Assembly (NCBI GenBank): GCA_051530055.1
Contig: CM121343.1
Span: 7,100,389 to 7,164,388, forward strand
Direction: 5' to 3'
DNA from: Neoechinorhynchus agilis
Taxonomy: Eukaryota; Animalia; Acanthocephala
Length of the DNA: 64,000 nt
Both the position numbers and the translations under genes were made by a program. Within the stretch, counting starts at the first letter, position 1. Every line of letters starts with the position of its first letter. Below are positions 61,101 through 64,000 of the stretch, in pieces. The notes beneath the pieces were generated by a model. That model ran no database searches, was not told the DNA's origin, and was given only the letters and a program-made list of their open reading frames with translations.

Positions 61101-64000
61101 ATTATTAAATTGCAACAGGCAGCGGCATTGAAAAAGGAACAGGAAAGTAAACCGTGCTTTGTTGGACAGTTGCGTACAACTGTGAGTAGGCAACTTTTGA
61201 ACAGTAAATCGGTTTAAATCGCTTGAGAATACAGGCAGCGACTGATGGTGATAAGGTAGTTTTACAATGGAATTACGAGAGCTCCAGTCCATTGAGCGAA
61301 ATTGTTTGGTTTCACAATGGCAAGGAGATATCTCCATCAGACGATTTTGTGAGCGAGGACGACGGAAAGTCAGTTCGTCTCATTTTAAAGGATGCATATG
61401 TTGATGATGCCGGGGACTACAAATGTATAATAAGGAACAAAAGCGGAAGTGACGACCGTTCAACTAAAGTAACGGTAAATCCAAGGCGTGGGAGAGCACC
61501 CAGACGGAAACCAAAACCGCGTGCGCCAAAACCGAAACCAAAGGAAACATCTATAAAAGCATCGACAGCAAAAGACGAAAAAGGAGATAGCCCTGTTAAA
61601 CAGATTTCCAAGGATGCACCAAAAGCAGTATCAGAAGTTCCGAAAAAGGATACGGCACTCGATGAGCGGACTAACGTGCCCAATGTAGATGCTAAGGCCA
61701 GCACGCCCGAAACAGCAAAAAAGGAAGAAATACCTTACAGAATGGCAGGTTCAACTGCTAGAGATTCTCCTAAGCCAGGGGTAATTGATGAATCTACAAA
61801 GGCTAGCATTCCCACAGACAAACACGGTGATACACTTTTGAGGGAAAGTTCAAGGGCCGGGAAGGTCGACCCGAAAAGCAAGGAAGGAACACCCACGAGC
61901 GGAATCGAAGCAGCCAAGACCGATGCATTAAAACCACTCGCAAGTCGCCAGAATAGTCCGGCTATTAGCCCACGCTCAAGCCCGAAAAAAGTCACCCCTG
62001 GAGTAAGCCTAAAGAAAGTTCCGGTATGTTGGGCACTTAATCAAAATATGGAAAGTAATTTAAAATTTAGCAACAGGCTCTTAGAGCCACAGTCAAACCA
62101 GCGCTTGGCGTTGAAGTTGGGGCTGCCTCTGCAACTCCATTGGGAGCGGGTGATGGTGCAAAATGGCCTACACTGCGCAAGACGACAGTTGCGAAAAAGG
62201 TAAGAGCGTTATGGGATTTTATTATTACGATATTTGCAGGTCCCTGATCATTGGGTTGTCCACATGGCAGATAAAACTTCCAATGAAGAGGAAGGTACAA
62301 CGACTATGGAAGCTACTTTTTGTAGGGCAGGTGGAAGGCTAAGATGGTAAGAGAATTATCGTAGTCTGCTTTTATTTAAATCAATCAAATAACAGGTACA
62401 AGAATCGAGTTGAGATATTTCATGGGCAAAAATATAACTTTATATCGGAAGGACCGGTTCAAAAACTTCAGATAAATAAAATCATACCTGACGATAGTGG
62501 CCGATACATTTGCTCTGTGAATGATGTAGAAACGAAGGCATGGTTGGAAGTTGCATGTGAGTTTTGAAGCTTGATCGAGATCTTAACGCAAAGAGTGCTT
62601 ATTTTCTATATAGCCGGAAAACCGGATTTTGAATTTTACTTGCAGTTACCAGCTAAAAATGAAGTATTCCGCACAAAGTCTTGTTTACTGGAGTGTCATG
62701 TGAACCATCCTGATTGCCCAGTGAGGTGGACAAAAGATGGAAAACAGATCGACAAAGACGATAAGAAATATTCAATGATTCGAGATTTGACTCGTTGTTT
62801 ACTTAGAATTAATAAGACAGTTAGGGCAGACGAAGGAGTTTATGCATGTGAAATCGAAGGAGTCGAGGATAAGAAAACTTCATGCTATTTGTACATTACT
62901 GAGCCGCAATGGAGGTTCAGTAAAAAGCTACCGCCTACGATCGAGGTGGACGAAAGTATGGACTCCGTACTTGAAGTTCAGGTTGAAGATCCTGATGCGG
63001 AGTGCGAGTGGTTTCATAAGGGTGAATTGATTCCGGATGACAACTCAAATTCAAAATACGTTATTGAGTCACACGGTCGTATCAGGCGACTAACAATAAA
63101 AGGATGCAGACCGACGATCGACTCGGGATTCGTTGAATGTAAAACCGGCGTGATGGTAACTCAAACAAACCTCATTGTAAAGCGTAAGATGGCACCTTGA
63201 ACGTTCTGAAGGTGTTTTGTTTTTCTAGCAAAACTAAAAATATTGGACGGATTAAAGGATTTAAAACTCAAAGAAGGTAATGATATCGATCTAAAGGTGG
63301 AACTCAGTATGCCAAGGAAAAATGTGGCATGGTTGTTTAACGGCAAACGTATTCTCCCCGACGCAAAGTATGTCAGCAGATTTAACTTTATTTCTTATCT
63401 AATTCGATTATTATATCAGTCATATTATTCTGAATGATGGCAACCAGTACACTTTGAAAATAAGAGAAACGACCCTCGGATCGGGTGGAAAATATTCAAT
63501 GACTATTGATGGCTTAGAAACTTCATGCGATATCATAGTAAATGAAGGTAGTTACCCGAATCGATTAGAAGCTTGTCGCTAAATTAAGCTTTAACTTTAG
63601 CCGACAAAAAACCAGAAATAGATATGAGTGAAATTCCAAAACACATGCATATAGTCGAAGGAAATAAATTGAGGATCGTAGTTCCATTTAGAGGTTCGAA
63701 CAATTAATTTTAGCAAATAATTTCAAAGCAATTATCTACATTAATTAGCTAATCCGGCCCCTGATATACAATGGTTGGTTAACGGTAAACCGATTGCACA
63801 CTCCGATGCTAAAATGACTTCAAACGGCAAGCAGGCTATCCTTGAAATTCCAGTTACCAAGCGCAGTGATACCGCAACCTATTCGATTAGACTTGGAAAT
63901 TCGGTTGGTGAAGCTAAGGCAGATATTGCTGTGGTTGTAGCAGGTTAATTTTTATTTGCCCTGAGAACATTTAGCATTTGTCTTATAGGAAAACCCGATG
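58101..64000 (+). CDS. unc-22: Twitchin/projectin-like giant Ig-repeat muscle protein, 5' part, multi-exon, runs off the window
   Basis: Tandem I-set Ig domains (GPKFTQKPVIRQE..FECRL.AD..P..WYK; D.G.Y..A.N..G), K/P/E-rich linker about 61500-62200; more than a dozen GT-AG introns, mostly about 30-60 nt, that keep the frame. Confidence 0.8.

Noticed and set aside
9018-62300. Antisense ORFs overlapping real CDSs (e.g. 9018-9482, 20460-20789, 61417-61704, 61735-61995)
   Set aside because: Shadow ORFs on the opposite strand of genuine genes.

Overview
Eukaryotic DNA from a compact animal genome (a twitchin/projectin-like Ig gene with many short GT-AG introns suggests a protostome). The ORF track uses TTG/GTG/CTG starts, so many of its starts are not real. 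Host genes: a RING-domain gene, a small secreted-peptide gene, a vezatin-like ORF, glycogen branching enzyme (GBE1), mitochondrial ABC transporter ABCB7/ATM1, prefoldin 6 (3 copies), a kexin/furin-like convertase (4 copies) and the 5' part of twitchin. They lie among decayed CR1/L2-type LINEs, Ty3/gypsy, Penelope, SINE and foldback/MITE repeats, and 22.3-54.8 kb is a nested inverted plus direct segmental amplification. Main discovery: conserved genes (GBE1 twice, ABCB7, PFDN6, the convertase, and probably two more) are split by 53-925 nt inserts without usable GT-AG ends. Each insert has a short TA-containing direct repeat at both ends and an 11-17 bp terminal inverted repeat whose sequence differs between inserts. 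Removing the segment centred on the hairpin (within 1 nt) restores the frame and conserved motifs. This suggests structure-guided non-canonical introns, or IES-like DNA excision, coexisting with ordinary spliceosomal introns. All alignments were done by eye and reference motifs are recalled from memory.
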